Positions 29,751 through 42,222 are shown, numbered from the stretch's first letter. The stretch is DNA of 64,000 nucleotides from Blastocatellia bacterium (GCA_963765495.1 CAVXWP010000016.1:64001-128000); one strand, 5' to 3'. Translations and numbers: made by a program. Notes: generated from the sequence alone by a model not told the origin.

Positions 29751-31070
29751 TCAGGCGCTTACAGGAATCTTGCTCGCCTCTTTGCCGCGTTTTTCGTCTA
29801 CGAACGCAAGCAAGATCATGCCCACGACAAAAAACGCGCCTATAGACAAAATAGCCGGGCGCTGGTTGCCGGTCAGGTTCGAAACGGTTCCGAATATGAT
29901 CGGGCCGAGGAAGGCCAGCGCCTTGCCCGCTATTCCCAGAAAACCGAAAAACTCGGCTGAGTTCTCTTTTGGCGTAAACAGCGCAAGCAGGCTGCGCGTG
30001 ACCGACTGGCACGAGCCTATGCCTAAACCGGCAAGCGCCGCCACAACATAAAAGCTTGTCTTTGAATAAGAGAAGTATGCCAGCACAACGGCGGCAATCC
30101 ATATTGTGAGCGAAATAAATATAGTCCGTTTCTGCCCTATGCGGTCGGCAATAAATCCGAACGAGAAAGCGCCCGCAGCCGCGACCACGTTCATGGCTAT
30201 AAACATAACGGTGATCTCGGTAGTCGTAAATCCTATGGTCTCGCTCGCATAAAGCGCGGCGAAATATATCACCGTCACGATGCCGTCATTGTATACAAGA
30301 AAAGCTATGAGGAGTTTAAAGAGTTCACTGTAGCGGCGAATATGACCAAATGTTTGCTTGATCTGGCGAAACCCTACGGTGAGGTAACTCTGGCCCGGCG
30401 GCAGCGTTTGAGCCACGCTGCGGTCGCGGAGAAATAAGAATGTCGGGATGACGGCTACGGAGTAATAGACGGCCACGACAACCGGGATAAGCCGGGCGAG
30501 CGATAGTTGTTCAGAGGTCGGATTTTCAACTATGTTTCCCACCAGAGGCAGACACAATGCTGTGGCTACAAGACCGCTCGCGTACCCCATGCCCCATTTC
30601 AAACCGGAGATTCGACCCGCGTTTGATTCATTCGAGATGCCCGGCAGAAAGCTGTCAATGAATACGCCGCCGCCTGCAAATCCTATGTTGGCGATTATGT
30701 AGAGCGCAAGCCCGAGCGCCACCATTCCCGGCCCTACGAAATAAAGGGTCGCCGTAAAAAAGACTATCGTCAGTGCGCAAAAGCCCAGAAACTTTTTGCG
30801 ACTGCCCGAGAAATCGGCTATCGCTCCGAGTATCGGCGCAAGCAACGCCACTACGACTTCCGAAACGGAGGCCGCAAGCCCCCAGAGGAAATCGGCGTTG
30901 AATCCCCAGGGTCGGGATTCCCCTACGACGATCTTGCTGAAGTAAGGCGCATAGAGCGCGGTTACGATGACGGTAGTAAAAGCCGAATCCGCCACGTCAT
31001 ACATGCACCATCCGAGGATTTCTTTTTTGGTGACGGGCGGTGCGCCGGCCAGTTCAGTGCTTGTTGCCAT
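29751..31070 (-). CDS. MFS transporter (UMF1/Atg22-like)
   Basis: GWCMYDVADSAF, APILGAIAD, YNDG, RSLLALFTP..SAEFFG; ~12 TMs. Confidence 0.88.
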   Translation of the reverse strand: MATSTELAGAPPVTKKEILGWCMYDVADSAFTTVIVTALYAPYFSKIVVGESRPWGFNADFLWGLAASVSEVVVALLAPILGAIADFSGSRKKFLGFCALTIVFFTATLYFVGPGMVALGLALYIIANIGFAGGGVFIDSFLPGISNESNAGRISGLKWGMGYASGLVATALCLPLVGNIVENPTSEQLSLARLIPVVVAVYYSVAVIPTFLFLRDRSVAQTLPPGQSYLTVGFRQIKQTFGHIRRYSELFKLLIAFLVYNDGIVTVIYFAALYASETIGFTTTEITVMFIAMNVVAAAGAFSFGFIADRIGQKRTIFISLTIWIAAVVLAYFSYSKTSFYVVAALAGLGIGSCQSVTRSLLALFTPKENSAEFFGFLGIAGKALAFLGPIIFGTVSNLTGNQRPAILSIGAFFVVGMILLAFVDEKRGKEASKIPVSA

Positions 31071-31158
31071 TCAGGAATCCGCGCTGCGATTATAGGAATT
31101 TAAACAAAAATCGGCCCTGCAATCCTGCTGGTTGCTGCTTACTGCTTACTGCCTGCCG

Positions 31159-31746
31159 CTACTTCGAGGGCGCGTAATAAGGGTTTTGACCCGACTGATG
31201 ATCGGTCGTATCGAGCACTTCGCGCACCTGCGGCACGTGCTCGCGGATCAACCGCTCGACTCCCATCTTCAGGGTGACATCGGCTGCGCCGCAGCCCTGA
31301 CATCCGCCGCCCATTCTTATGTAGACGTTGTCATCCTGCACGTCAAGCAACTCTACGAATCCGCCGTGAGACGCCACTCCGGGGTTGATCTGTTCATCTA
31401 GCACCTGCTGGACCCTCTGCCTTACCGCTTCTGAGGGCAGGCGGTCGCCTTCGGTAATTTCGGGCGGCGGGTTGAGGTGATAGCGAATCGCAGTTCCAAT
31501 ACGCTTCCCGATCTGTCGCCAGTCCTGACCGCCCTGCTGAGTGACCGACACCTGATTGTTGTCGACCTCTACTTTGGCGATGCCGGGAATCTTGAAAATC
31601 CTGTCGGCCAGATCGTTCTCTTTGGCATCATTCGGGTTGTCGAAAGCCGCCGAACCCTCATAGACGGGCCGGTCAACCGTAAAGTGGCAGACCTTTATGT
31701 CTTGCTGGTCTACGCTGGCTCTGATTTGAATATTGTCTGCGCTCAT
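31159..31746 (-). CDS. NfuA/NifU-family Fe-S cluster carrier (Nfu-N scaffold plus NifU-C)
   Basis: INPGVASHGGFVEL, GGGCQGCG, DTTDH..GQNPYY. Confidence 0.9.
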   Translation of the reverse strand: MSADNIQIRASVDQQDIKVCHFTVDRPVYEGSAAFDNPNDAKENDLADRIFKIPGIAKVEVDNNQVSVTQQGGQDWRQIGKRIGTAIRYHLNPPPEITEGDRLPSEAVRQRVQQVLDEQINPGVASHGGFVELLDVQDDNVYIRMGGGCQGCGAADVTLKMGVERLIREHVPQVREVLDTTDHQSGQNPYYAPSK

Positions 31747-31825
31747 TGTTGAAATCCTCCCTCGCTTATTCTACAGGGATGCAGGCGAAAGGCAAAAGCA
31801 AAAAGAGATTAGGTAAGAGTTCAGC

Positions 31826-31890
31826 ATTAGCCACGGAGGCACAGAGGCACAGAGAAAAGATTATAAAAACTCTGTGTCTCTGTGGCTAAT
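31826..31890. repeat. Inverted 8-mer (GCACAGAG) array hairpin
   Basis: attagccacggaggcacagaggcacagag ... ctctgtgtctctgtggctaat. Confidence 0.85.
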
Positions 31891-31936
31891 CTTCTCTCTT
31901 TCTGTACGGATTCGAGATTTGCACTTCAAGCCTCGA

Positions 31937-33394
31937 TCAAATCCCCGCTCTCTTTTCAAGGGGACCAAACTGGTCCCGCGTGGGCTCCGCTCAGCAGAAC
32001 CACGCTTCGGTAAGCCTTGGCGGGCGCAAGTTGAGCGGCACGGTAGGCTTCGGATGTCGAACAGGTTCCCCGCTCCCGCAAACCTCGTATGCAATCTCAC
32101 GCACTCGATAAAACGTATCCCGCGCGTCTTCACCCGTGCGCGCGGCCTGCTCGACCGTGCGCGCCACCTGCGCGTGCAACGCGTCCATGCGCGGGTCCGT
32201 GTGCGCCCACTCATAGGTAAAGGATTCCTGAACGAGCGGACCCAGCCACTTTTCGGCATCGGGCTGATTCAGAAGAAGAGAGCCGGGCGGGATAAGCAAT
32301 CGAATGCTGTACTGCACAGGGTCTATGTGATAGATCAACCCGCGCGCTTCCACGAAATCGAGCACCTCGATAAAATCGTCTATCGAAGTCCAGGGCGTGA
32401 ATGACACAAAGGAAGGTCTGAGAGCCACCCCGGCCTGTTCGAGAATATCGAAAGCCTCTTCGACCTCTGCCCGCGTGTGGCCCTTTTCAAGGCGTTTGAG
32501 CACCCTATCGCTCAACGATTCAACCGCCGAGACTACAAACAGACAGCCCGTCCGGGCAAAATCGGCTATCATCGAGCGGTGCTTGATTATGTGCTCGACC
32601 TTGGCCGTGAAATCATATGAAAGGGTGGGAAATTCGTCATGCATGGCCTGCGCGATGCGGAGCGAATGAGTGGGGCCGTTAAGAAAATCGGGATCGCCGA
32701 AGGTTATATGACGAGCGCCCGCCGAGACTAAATTTCGAATATCTTCGAGAACTACGGATTGCGGCACTACAAAAAAGCGGCCTTCGTAAACAGGCGGTAT
32801 CGGGCAGTGCGTGCACATGTGCAGACAGCCCCGGCTCGCCTCGGTGTATCCTACAAGCCGCTGCTCGTCTTCGCGTTCCAAACGGGCGTACCGCTCAAGC
32901 GGCGGCAACTTGCCTCTTCCGGGCACGGCAAAAGGCAGACGGGTAAGCACAGGAGAAGCCGCGTGAGTCTTTGTCCTTACTCCTTCGATACTGACAGGCC
33001 CAATAGCATCGAGCGATTTGATGAGAGCAACGAGCGCCTGTTCAAATTCGCCGCCGATTATGGAATCGGCTACGGTTTCGAGCAGGTAATCTGCGTTGAG
33101 CGATGCGTACATTCCGTAAAAGCAGATATGACACTCGGGATTTATGCGGCGAATCGCCTCGGCTACGCGCAGGCCCAGACGCAACGCCGTGTGCATAGGA
33201 ACCGATAGCCCCACAAACCGGGCGCGGCGCGCTTTCTCCTCGTCGAAGCCTTCGACCGATACATCCATCGCTTCGGCCTCGTAGCCCGCTCGTTCAATCA
33301 ACCCCATCGCCGTGGCGATCCCCGAGGGCTGATGTCCAAGCTCGTAGCAGGAGACAAGCAGTATCGGGGTAGATATGGTTTCTGATTCTGTCAT
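31937..33394 (-). CDS. CUAEP-tail B12-binding/radical SAM selenoprotein (in-frame TGA at 31991..31993 probably Sec)
   Basis: N-terminal cobalamin-binding-like domain (YELGHQP), SRGCLHMCTHC (CxxxCxxC); 3' end reads EAWFC-TGA-AEPTRDQFGPLEKRAGI*, with a hairpin after the TGA. Confidence 0.88.
31961..31977 (-). promoter_or_regulatory. Putative bacterial SECIS hairpin
   Basis: mRNA UGA-GCGGAGCCCACGC-GGGACCA-GUU-UGGUCCC: a perfect 7-bp stem with G in the apical loop, 20 nt downstream of the UGA. Confidence 0.72.
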
Positions 33395-33421
33395 AGTCAA
33401 TAATTATGGTAAGCCCCGCGT

Positions 33422-33451
33422 ATCTGAGATATCAAATCTCAAATCTCAGAT
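33422..33451. repeat. Short GAGATTT/AAATCTC heptamer hairpin
   Basis: atctgagat atcaaatctcaa atctcagat. Confidence 0.7.
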
Positions 33452-33475
33452 CACGGCGGATGAAAGAGATCAGCT

Positions 33476-34708
33476 TCACTCTATCACAAATTCTATCCTT
33501 CGGTGCGCCTCGCGCAGAGCGGCTTCTGCCCGGTCGGGTGTTTCGGCGCGAGCGAAGATGAAGCCCAGATAACTCGCGCCTTCGGGCGGAGGCAATAACT
33601 CTTGAGTGACGTGCGCGGTGATTATCACATCCTCGATCTCTTCGACGGCCCCGGCTTCATCGAGCCCTCGCACCTCTTTCAATATGCCGCGCCGGGGAAT
33701 CGGTATCATCATCACTCCCGCAGCGAGGTTTTCGCGTTCGACCCCGTCTACATCGCGACCGAGAGCGTGTCGAAGTATAAGGTCTTCGAGAGAGAGACTT
33801 GCGCCGAAGCGCAAGGTGCGGGCACAGAGGCCGCCGATTGCGCGAGCGGCTACCTCTATCACCCATGCGCCCATTTCGTTTACGCGGAGTTCGGCGTGCA
33901 CGGGGCCGCGCGTGAGCCCTAAAGCGTGCGCGGCCCGGGCTGTGGTGTCCGCTATCCGGTTTTGGACCGGCTCGGGCAATCGCGAAGGCGTGACATAGAT
34001 AGTCTCTTCAAAAAACGGCCCGTCGAGCGGGTCGGGCTTGTCGAATATCGTAAGCACTCGAAGCCTTCCGTCTGTAAGCAAGCCTTCAAGGGCTACCTCG
34101 CGACCGGGTATGAATTCTTCGGCGAGCACGTCTCGCGCCGCCTCCCGGCCACGTCTTTTAATATCGGGGCTTTCCAGTATCGCTTCCAGCCGCCTGACTG
34201 CCGCCGTGAATTCATCCACATTATCGGCTCGCATCACACCCCGGCTGGTTGAGAGAAAGACCGGCTTGACTACACACGGATAAGAGATGCACCGGGCAAT
34301 CTCTGCCGCATCGTCATCGAGCGTGAAGTGCCAGTAATGCGGAATCTGTACATTTGCGCGATTGAGACGCTGGCGCATAAGGAATTTGTTTTTTGCGGCC
34401 TGAACGGATTCGACCGAGTTGTGCGCCAGGTTGAGCGCGCGGGCTATGTGGGCGGCTACGACGGCCGTGTCTTCATCTACGGGTATGATCGCGTCAATCG
34501 GATACTCTTCATTGAATCGGGCGGCCTGCCGGGCCGCGTGTTCGGGATCGAGAAAATCGAGCGTGAGCAACTCCGAAGGATTCTTTGCGGCAAGCGTACT
34601 GGGCCTTTCAGATGCGGCGACAATATCTGTGCCCGCGCGAAGCGCTGCATCTATAAACGCCTTTGTGCGGTACGTCGTAGTGGGAAGCAGCAATAAGAGT
34701 CTCGGCAT
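33476..34708 (-). CDS. ATP-grasp domain protein (carboxylate-amine ligase-like)
   Basis: KNKFLMRQRL, YPCVVKP...SRGV, EEFIPGRE, HAELR, IEVAAR. Confidence 0.9.
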   Translation of the reverse strand: MPRLLLLLPTTTYRTKAFIDAALRAGTDIVAASERPSTLAAKNPSELLTLDFLDPEHAARQAARFNEEYPIDAIIPVDEDTAVVAAHIARALNLAHNSVESVQAAKNKFLMRQRLNRANVQIPHYWHFTLDDDAAEIARCISYPCVVKPVFLSTSRGVMRADNVDEFTAAVRRLEAILESPDIKRRGREAARDVLAEEFIPGREVALEGLLTDGRLRVLTIFDKPDPLDGPFFEETIYVTPSRLPEPVQNRIADTTARAAHALGLTRGPVHAELRVNEMGAWVIEVAARAIGGLCARTLRFGASLSLEDLILRHALGRDVDGVERENLAAGVMMIPIPRRGILKEVRGLDEAGAVEEIEDVIITAHVTQELLPPPEGASYLGFIFARAETPDRAEAALREAHRRIEFVIE

Positions 34709-34715
34709 TTTCTTA

Positions 34716-35561
34716 TCACCCGTTTGAAGAGCCCTCTTCCCTGTTGCGCAACGCGTTCAATTCGGCAATCCTCGTTTCGGCAAGCTTGCTCAAATACTTT
34801 TCCCACTCCATGCGATAAGGCCTGAGATGTTCGGCTATCGCCTGAGCCACGGCGAGGTTGCGGAACCATTTCTTATCGGCCGGGATTATGTGCCACGGAG
34901 CATAATCGGTTGTGCAGCGAGTAATCGCATCTTCGTAAGCACGCATGTAATCGACCCACATGCGGCGCTCTTCCCAATCGCTTGCCGATAGCTTCCACGC
35001 CTTTTCGGTCTCTTCCTCTCGCGCTTTCAGGCGTTTCTCCTGCTCGGCATAGCTGATGTGCAGATAGAATTTCAGAATGATCGTCCCGCTGTCTGAGAGC
35101 ATCTGCTCGAAGTGCTTTATGTGATCATAGCGCCGCTTCCATACAGCTTTCGGCACAAGGTTGCGCACGCGAACGATGATTACGTCTTCGTACTGCGAGC
35201 GATTGAAAATGGTCATCATTCCGCGCGCAGGCGTTACCTGGTGAATCCGCCACAGATAGTCGTGCGCAAGCTCATTTTCAGTCGGCTTCTTGAAAGCCTC
35301 CACCCGGCACCCCGTAGGATTGACATCCGACATCACGTGTTTGATAGTGCCGTCCTTGCCGCTCGTATCCATTCCCTGAAGAACGATGAGCAGCGAATTC
35401 TGCCCTGCGGCATAAAGCAATTCCTGAAGTTCGGCGATCTCCTGGCTGAGCCCGCCAAGCAGCCTCGCTCCTTCCTCCTTCGATAGCCCTCCGGTGAATG
35501 ACGTATCATAATCATCGAGTTTCACCTTTGTGCCCGGCTTGATTCTTGTCTTCAATTCCAT
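34716..35561 (-). CDS. ppk2: Polyphosphate kinase 2 family (probably class III)
   Basis: LQGMDTSGKDG, FKKPT..ELAHDYLWR, FNRSQYEDV, APWHIIPADKKW. Start ATG 35561 (RBS GGAG). Confidence 0.93.
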   Translation of the reverse strand: MELKTRIKPGTKVKLDDYDTSFTGGLSKEEGARLLGGLSQEIAELQELLYAAGQNSLLIVLQGMDTSGKDGTIKHVMSDVNPTGCRVEAFKKPTENELAHDYLWRIHQVTPARGMMTIFNRSQYEDVIIVRVRNLVPKAVWKRRYDHIKHFEQMLSDSGTIILKFYLHISYAEQEKRLKAREEETEKAWKLSASDWEERRMWVDYMRAYEDAITRCTTDYAPWHIIPADKKWFRNLAVAQAIAEHLRPYRMEWEKYLSKLAETRIAELNALRNREEGSSNG

Positions 35562-35572
35562 AGTTTTCTCCA

Positions 35573-37166
<1,594 letters not shown>

Positions 37167-37398
37167 TCTCTTTTTGAAGCGCCATTATTCTATAGACCGG
37201 CTCACGCTAAAAGCAACGCCAGCTTGAAATACGCGACACGATGAAGTAGTATGCCGCCGCTCCTTCTGTGAAGATAGGAAGAGGCTTGTCGGCCGGAGGG
37301 GATCAAAGACAGACAGGGCCAGACAGAAGTCAGACAGGGCGGTCACGCTTTCCATTCAATCTGTTAAACCTGTCTCATTTTACGAGGAGGAATATCTG

Positions 37399-38688
37399 AT
37401 GAGCACAACGCGCCGTTCTTTTACTGGCCATGATTTTTTGCTGCTGGTTATAGCCTTTTTTGGAATATTCGTTTACGGGCTCCTGACCGCGCTTCCGGGT
37501 TCGGTCCTGCCTACGCTTGAACGCCACAAGTTTCTGCCCGACGATGCCGTAGCCGGGACATTCCTCTTCATCAACGCAATCGGCGCGGTAGTGGCCTATA
37601 TGGTGAGCGGGCCTATTATTGACAGGGTCGGAAAGAAGTTTGCGCTCGCGGCAGGTTCGCTTCTGGTCATCGGGTCGATGGTTGGGTTTTGGGCGACCGT
37701 CGCAAATGTGGAACCCGCCGCCGCGCGCGTTTTGATCTTCGCCTGCTCGCTCGTTTTGGGACTGGGCGCAAATGCCATTGTGAGCGCGGGTCACGCGCTT
37801 GTGGCAGACGTTGCGGACGCGGGGCGGAATTCGGCGCTAAACCTGCTCGACGTATGCTTCGGGCTCGGGCTTATGACACTGCCTTTTATGATCTCTAAGT
37901 TGGATTGGAGCGAGCGACTGGGGATCGTTTTTCTCACGCTCGCCGTGGCGACGATAGTCCTGCTCGCGCTGATTTTGATGCCGAGTTTTCCCCAACCCAC
38001 GCATCCTGAGTCCTTCCCTCTAAACGAAGCCAAAGACCTTTTCAGCAGCCTCCCTTTCTGGTTGCTGGCAATTGCGCTTTTTATGTATGTGGGAACAGAG
38101 GTAGCTGTGGGCAAATGGGTAGTGACATTTATCCAGCGAGACGGGCGGCTGCTTGAGGGGTTTGGGGGCAACCAGACGAGCGCAGCCGATTTCGCGCTGC
38201 TGACGCTTTCGTTTTTTGGCTTTTCTTTAATCATCGGGCGATTGCTGTCGAGTTTCCTGCTCGGCGTGATAAAGATGAACAGCTACGTGCTGCTCACGCT
38301 CGGCTCGCTTGTCACAAGCGTAGGGCTTGCGATTGCTTTCACGGCTTCGAGCGCGGGCGCGGTCAGATGGGCGGTCTTTTTCTCAGGGATTGGGATGGGG
38401 CCGATCTTCCCGACATCGGTAGGGCTTGCATCGGTGATCGTGCCTAAAATCGCGGGCACCGCTATGAGTTGGGTGATGGGGATCGGATTTGCCGGATTGC
38501 TTGTTATCCCGCCCTCGGTCGGCTACATCTCAAGCGCCGTAGGCGGCGAAGCGGGCGACGTGCGAACGGGTTTACTTGCCGTGCTCGCGGCTTCGATAGT
38601 GATGCTACTGCTTCACATCACGCTCGCCCTGCGCCAGCGCCGTTACCCTGCTGCTGTCTCTGAAATGAAACCGGCACAGGCGGAATGA
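37399..38688 (+). CDS. MFS transporter (TsgA/FucP-like)
   Basis: [23 protein letters not shown]; ~12 TMs; RBS GAGGAGG. Confidence 0.88.
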   Translation: MSTTRRSFTGHDFLLLVIAFFGIFVYGLLTALPGSVLPTLERHKFLPDDAVAGTFLFINAIGAVVAYMVSGPIIDRVGKKFALAAGSLLVIGSMVGFWATVANVEPAAARVLIFACSLVLGLGANAIVSAGHALVADVADAGRNSALNLLDVCFGLGLMTLPFMISKLDWSERLGIVFLTLAVATIVLLALILMPSFPQPTHPESFPLNEAKDLFSSLPFWLLAIALFMYVGTEVAVGKWVVTFIQRDGRLLEGFGGNQTSAADFALLTLSFFGFSLIIGRLLSSFLLGVIKMNSYVLLTLGSLVTSVGLAIAFTASSAGAVRWAVFFSGIGMGPIFPTSVGLASVIVPKIAGTAMSWVMGIGFAGLLVIPPSVGYISSAVGGEAGDVRTGLLAVLAASIVMLLLHITLALRQRRYPAAVSEMKPAQAE

Positions 38689-38701
38689 GAAAGGAGCGCG
38701 T

Positions 38702-39727
38702 ATGCGTCTCGGATTAAATTTTGGCTACTGGAGTTCGGGTCCATCCGACAACGTAGCCGTGGCTCAGGAGGCCGAACGGCTGGGTTATCACTCGCTGTGG
38801 ACGGCTGAAGCCTACGGGTCGGACGCGGTAACTCCGCTCACGTGGCTTGCGGCGCGAACCGAGCGCATAAACGTAGGCACGGCGATAATGCAGATGCCTG
38901 CGCGGACTCCGGCAATGACCGCGATGACGGCGGCCACGCTCGATCTTTTGACCGGAGGCCGCTTCCTGCTCGGCATAGGAGCATCGGGCCCGCAGGTGGT
39001 CGAGGGCTGGCACGGCGTCGTCTACGGCAAGCCGCTTGCCCGCGCGCGCGAGTACGTCGAGATCATTAGAACGGTGCTGAAACGCGACCGCCCGCTCGAA
39101 CACCACGGCGAGTATTACGACATCCCCGTCGAAGGCGGGACGGGGCTTGGGAAACCGCTCAAGCTTATCGTTCATCCATTGCGCCCGAGCATTCCGATTT
39201 ATCTGGCAGCGATAGGGCCAAAGAACGTGGCGCTGGCGGCTGAAATCGCCGATGGCTGGCTGCCGGTCTTCTTCTCTCCTCACCGGATGAATATATTTCG
39301 TGAATCGCTCGAAGAGGGCTTCACCCGCGCGGGTGAAGAAAAAGACCGCGCCCGATTCGACATAGCGCCGACGGTCAGTATAGTTGTGGGCGATGACACC
39401 GATTCTTGCCGCGCCCAGATAAAGCCTCATCTTGCGCTTTACATTGGAGGGATGGGAGCGCGCGGTAAGAATTTCTATAACGACCTTGCGTGCCGTTACG
39501 GCTATGAAGAGGCGGCTGCAAAGATTCAAGAATTGTACCTTTCGGGAAAGAAAAACGAAGCCATCGCCGCCGTGCCCGATGAGCTTGTAGATGAAGTGGC
39601 GCTGTGCGGGCCGCGCGACCGCATTGCCGACAAGCTGGGCGCGTGGCGCGAAGCCGGGGTGACTACGATGATTTGCGCCGTAAACTCGCTTGAGGCCGTC
39701 CGCGTAATGGCCGAGCTCGCCAGTTAA
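38702..39727 (+). CDS. LLM-class F420-dependent oxidoreductase
   Basis: [51 protein letters not shown]. Confidence 0.9.
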   Translation: MRLGLNFGYWSSGPSDNVAVAQEAERLGYHSLWTAEAYGSDAVTPLTWLAARTERINVGTAIMQMPARTPAMTAMTAATLDLLTGGRFLLGIGASGPQVVEGWHGVVYGKPLARAREYVEIIRTVLKRDRPLEHHGEYYDIPVEGGTGLGKPLKLIVHPLRPSIPIYLAAIGPKNVALAAEIADGWLPVFFSPHRMNIFRESLEEGFTRAGEEKDRARFDIAPTVSIVVGDDTDSCRAQIKPHLALYIGGMGARGKNFYNDLACRYGYEEAAAKIQELYLSGKKNEAIAAVPDELVDEVALCGPRDRIADKLGAWREAGVTTMICAVNSLEAVRVMAELAS

Positions 39728-39730
39728 AAA

Positions 39731-39818
39731 ATTTGAGATTTGAGATTTGAGACTTGAAATCTCATTCTCAAATCTCAATCCCATATCCCAATCTCAAATT
39801 TCAGATCTCAAATCTCAA
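39731..39818. repeat. Inverted TTGAGAT/ATCTCAA heptamer arrays
   Basis: atttgagatttgagatttgag ... atctcaaatttcagatctcaaatctcaaa, directly after the LLM stop. Confidence 0.9.
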
Positions 39819-39822
39819 ACAG

Positions 39823-39852
39823 TGTAACCTTTTGGCATGCTCAAACGTGTTA
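39823..39852 (+). promoter_or_regulatory. Putative ECF (ECF41-like) promoter
   Basis: TGTAACC-N16-CGTG upstream of the oxidoreductase-ECF41 operon. Confidence 0.55.
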
Positions 39853-39879
39853 TAGGTAGAATTCAGAATAAAGGAGCGT

Positions 39880-41205
39880 TTGAGCATGCAATCTTTTGAG
39901 CGGAAATCGGATGTGATCATAACAGGCGGAGGTGTGGCCGGGCTGACCGCTGCGGCTCTGCTGGCCCGACGGGGAAAGGATGTGCGGTTGATCGAGCAGT
40001 CGCACGCGGTCGGCGGGCGAGCGCGGACAAAACAGCAGAACGGATTTTATTTGAATCAGGGACCGCACGCGCTCTATCGCGCGGGGCGCGGGATCGAAAT
40101 CCTGAGAGAGCTTGGTATCGAGCCTCGCGGACGTGTCCCCGCGATTTCAGGCGCGTTCGCCGTCCGCGACGGCGTAAAACAGACGCTGCCGACCGGCTTT
40201 GTTTCCTTGCTAACCACCAACCTCTTAGGCCCCGGAGCAAAACTTGAAATGGGCCGATTGTTATCATCCATCGGCAAGCTTGACGGCGCGGAAGTGATGC
40301 GCGTGAGCCTCGCGGACTGGGTTGACGAGAATATTTCACATGAAGAGGTCAAAGGGTTGTTTTATGCGCTTTGCCGCGTTTCGACCTACACGAACGCGCC
40401 TGAAATCATGAGCGCGGGCGCGGCAATCGAGCAATTGAAACTGGCCTCCGACAAAAGCGTGCTCTATCTTGACGGCGGCTGGCAGACGATTGTTGACGGG
40501 CTAGGCGAGGCCGCGATAAACGCCGGGGTAAAGATAGAAACAGGTGTGAAGATCAAATCCATCGAGCGCGACCAGACGGGCGCTGTGCGAGCGGTCCGAA
40601 CCGATGACGGTCGTAATCTCGAAACAGACGCCGTGATAATGGCTTCAAGCCCAAAGGTGGCCGCTTCGCTCATCGAAGGCGGAAACGATACTTCGCTTGC
40701 AAAATGGGCCGCCGAGGCCGTGCCGGTAAAGGCGGCATGTCTCGACATCGCGCTCGACCGTTTGCCCGACCCGAAAGCGACCTTCGCGCTAGGCATAGAC
40801 CGACCGCATTATCTGTCGGTGCATTCGGCTACGGCGAGGCTTGCGCCCGAGGGCGGTGCGCTCATCCAGCTTGCGAAATACCTGCCGCCCGATGACCCCT
40901 CGCCCGAAAGCGCAGAGCGTGAGCTTGAAACTTTGATGGACCTCGTGCAATCGGGATGGCGAAAGGCTGTCGTCTATCGCCGATTCCTTCCAGATATGGT
41001 GGTGATGAACGCGATTGCTACGGCCGAGCAGGGAGGAACCGTGGGGCGACCCTCTGCGCAGGTCGAGGATGTGCCGGGTCTGTTTATAGCGGGCGACTGG
41101 GTAGGCAGTGAGGGACTTCTGGTCGATGCCTCGCTTGCGAGCGCAAAAGAGGCGGCCGAACTTATAGTCCGGCTTGAGCCCGCCAGGCTTCGAGCGGCGG
41201 TGTAG
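39880..41205 (+). CDS. FAD-dependent oxidoreductase (phytoene desaturase/amine oxidase-like)
   Basis: GGGVAGL, VGGRART, GPHALY, GGWQTIV, GLFIAGDWVG. Confidence 0.88.
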   Translation: MSMQSFERKSDVIITGGGVAGLTAAALLARRGKDVRLIEQSHAVGGRARTKQQNGFYLNQGPHALYRAGRGIEILRELGIEPRGRVPAISGAFAVRDGVKQTLPTGFVSLLTTNLLGPGAKLEMGRLLSSIGKLDGAEVMRVSLADWVDENISHEEVKGLFYALCRVSTYTNAPEIMSAGAAIEQLKLASDKSVLYLDGGWQTIVDGLGEAAINAGVKIETGVKIKSIERDQTGAVRAVRTDDGRNLETDAVIMASSPKVAASLIEGGNDTSLAKWAAEAVPVKAACLDIALDRLPDPKATFALGIDRPHYLSVHSATARLAPEGGALIQLAKYLPPDDPSPESAERELETLMDLVQSGWRKAVVYRRFLPDMVVMNAIATAEQGGTVGRPSAQVEDVPGLFIAGDWVGSEGLLVDASLASAKEAAELIVRLEPARLRAAV

Positions 41206-41214
41206 GTTAGGATT

Positions 41215-42144
41215 ATGGCAATTGCCGCTGAAACATTTGAAAGCAATCAGGGTCTGTTGTGGGGCTTGTGCTATCGCATGACGGGCAATGCGGCCGACGC
41301 GGACGATCTTGTGCAGGAGACTTTTATCAGGGCGCTCGAACGACCGCCCCGCCGGTTGGATGAGCCACTGCGCCCCTGGCTCGTTCGCGTCGCAATCAAT
41401 CTGAGTCGCGATCTTTTAAGGCGGCGACGGAGAAGACATTATAAAGGCGAATGGCTTCCGTCTCCCGTACCGACGGATGAACTTGAAAGCCCCGCTTCCT
41501 ACGAGCCGCCCGCGCCCGACAGCGACTCGCCCCTTTCGCGTTATGACATGCTCGAGAGCGTCTCGTTTGCTTTCCTTCTGGCGCTTGAGGCGCTCACGCC
41601 CACTCAAAGGGCCGTGCTTTTGCTGCGCGATGTCTTCGATTACTCTACGCTTGAAACAGCCGACGCGCTCGGTCTAGCGGAATCCAACGTCAAGGTAAAT
41701 CTGCATCGCGCTCGAAAAAAGATGCGAGATTACGATGATGATCGCCGGGTGCCCGGACGCGCGCAGGGCGAAGCCACCCGCCGCGCGCTCGAACAGTTTC
41801 TGACCTGTTTGAATTCCCGTGATGTCGAAGGGCTTGAGCGATTGCTCACCGAAGACGTTATCAGTATTAGCGACGGCGGTGGAGAAGTGGCGGCGGCGAT
41901 TGCGCCCATTCGCGGACGCGACAAGGTACTGAGACTGCTCGTAGGGCTGGCCGGGAAATATGGTTCTTCCCCAAAATATTCCTTCCGCACGCTCAACGGA
42001 TTTCCCGCGATAGTCTACGAGGTACCCGGGGCGCGGCCGGGCGTTGCGTCGCTTTTTACAATGGGATGCGAGGTTGACCCGGCGGGACGAATACGACGCT
42101 TGAATGTTGTGCTTGCGCCGACGAAACTTACCGCCCTCATTTGA
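41215..42144 (+). CDS. ECF41-type (SigJ-like) sigma factor with C-terminal SnoaL-like extension
   Basis: YRMTG..DADDLVQE, WLPSP linker, LEALTPTQRAVLLLRDVF, SDGGG. Confidence 0.88.
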   Translation: MAIAAETFESNQGLLWGLCYRMTGNAADADDLVQETFIRALERPPRRLDEPLRPWLVRVAINLSRDLLRRRRRRHYKGEWLPSPVPTDELESPASYEPPAPDSDSPLSRYDMLESVSFAFLLALEALTPTQRAVLLLRDVFDYSTLETADALGLAESNVKVNLHRARKKMRDYDDDRRVPGRAQGEATRRALEQFLTCLNSRDVEGLERLLTEDVISISDGGGEVAAAIAPIRGRDKVLRLLVGLAGKYGSSPKYSFRTLNGFPAIVYEVPGARPGVASLFTMGCEVDPAGRIRRLNVVLAPTKLTALI

Positions 42145-42222
42145 TGAAGAGATTTATTCTTCCCACAGGTTTTGACTTGCGCCACAGGATCGGTTACCAT
42201 CGCCAAAGAGTATTTATTGACT

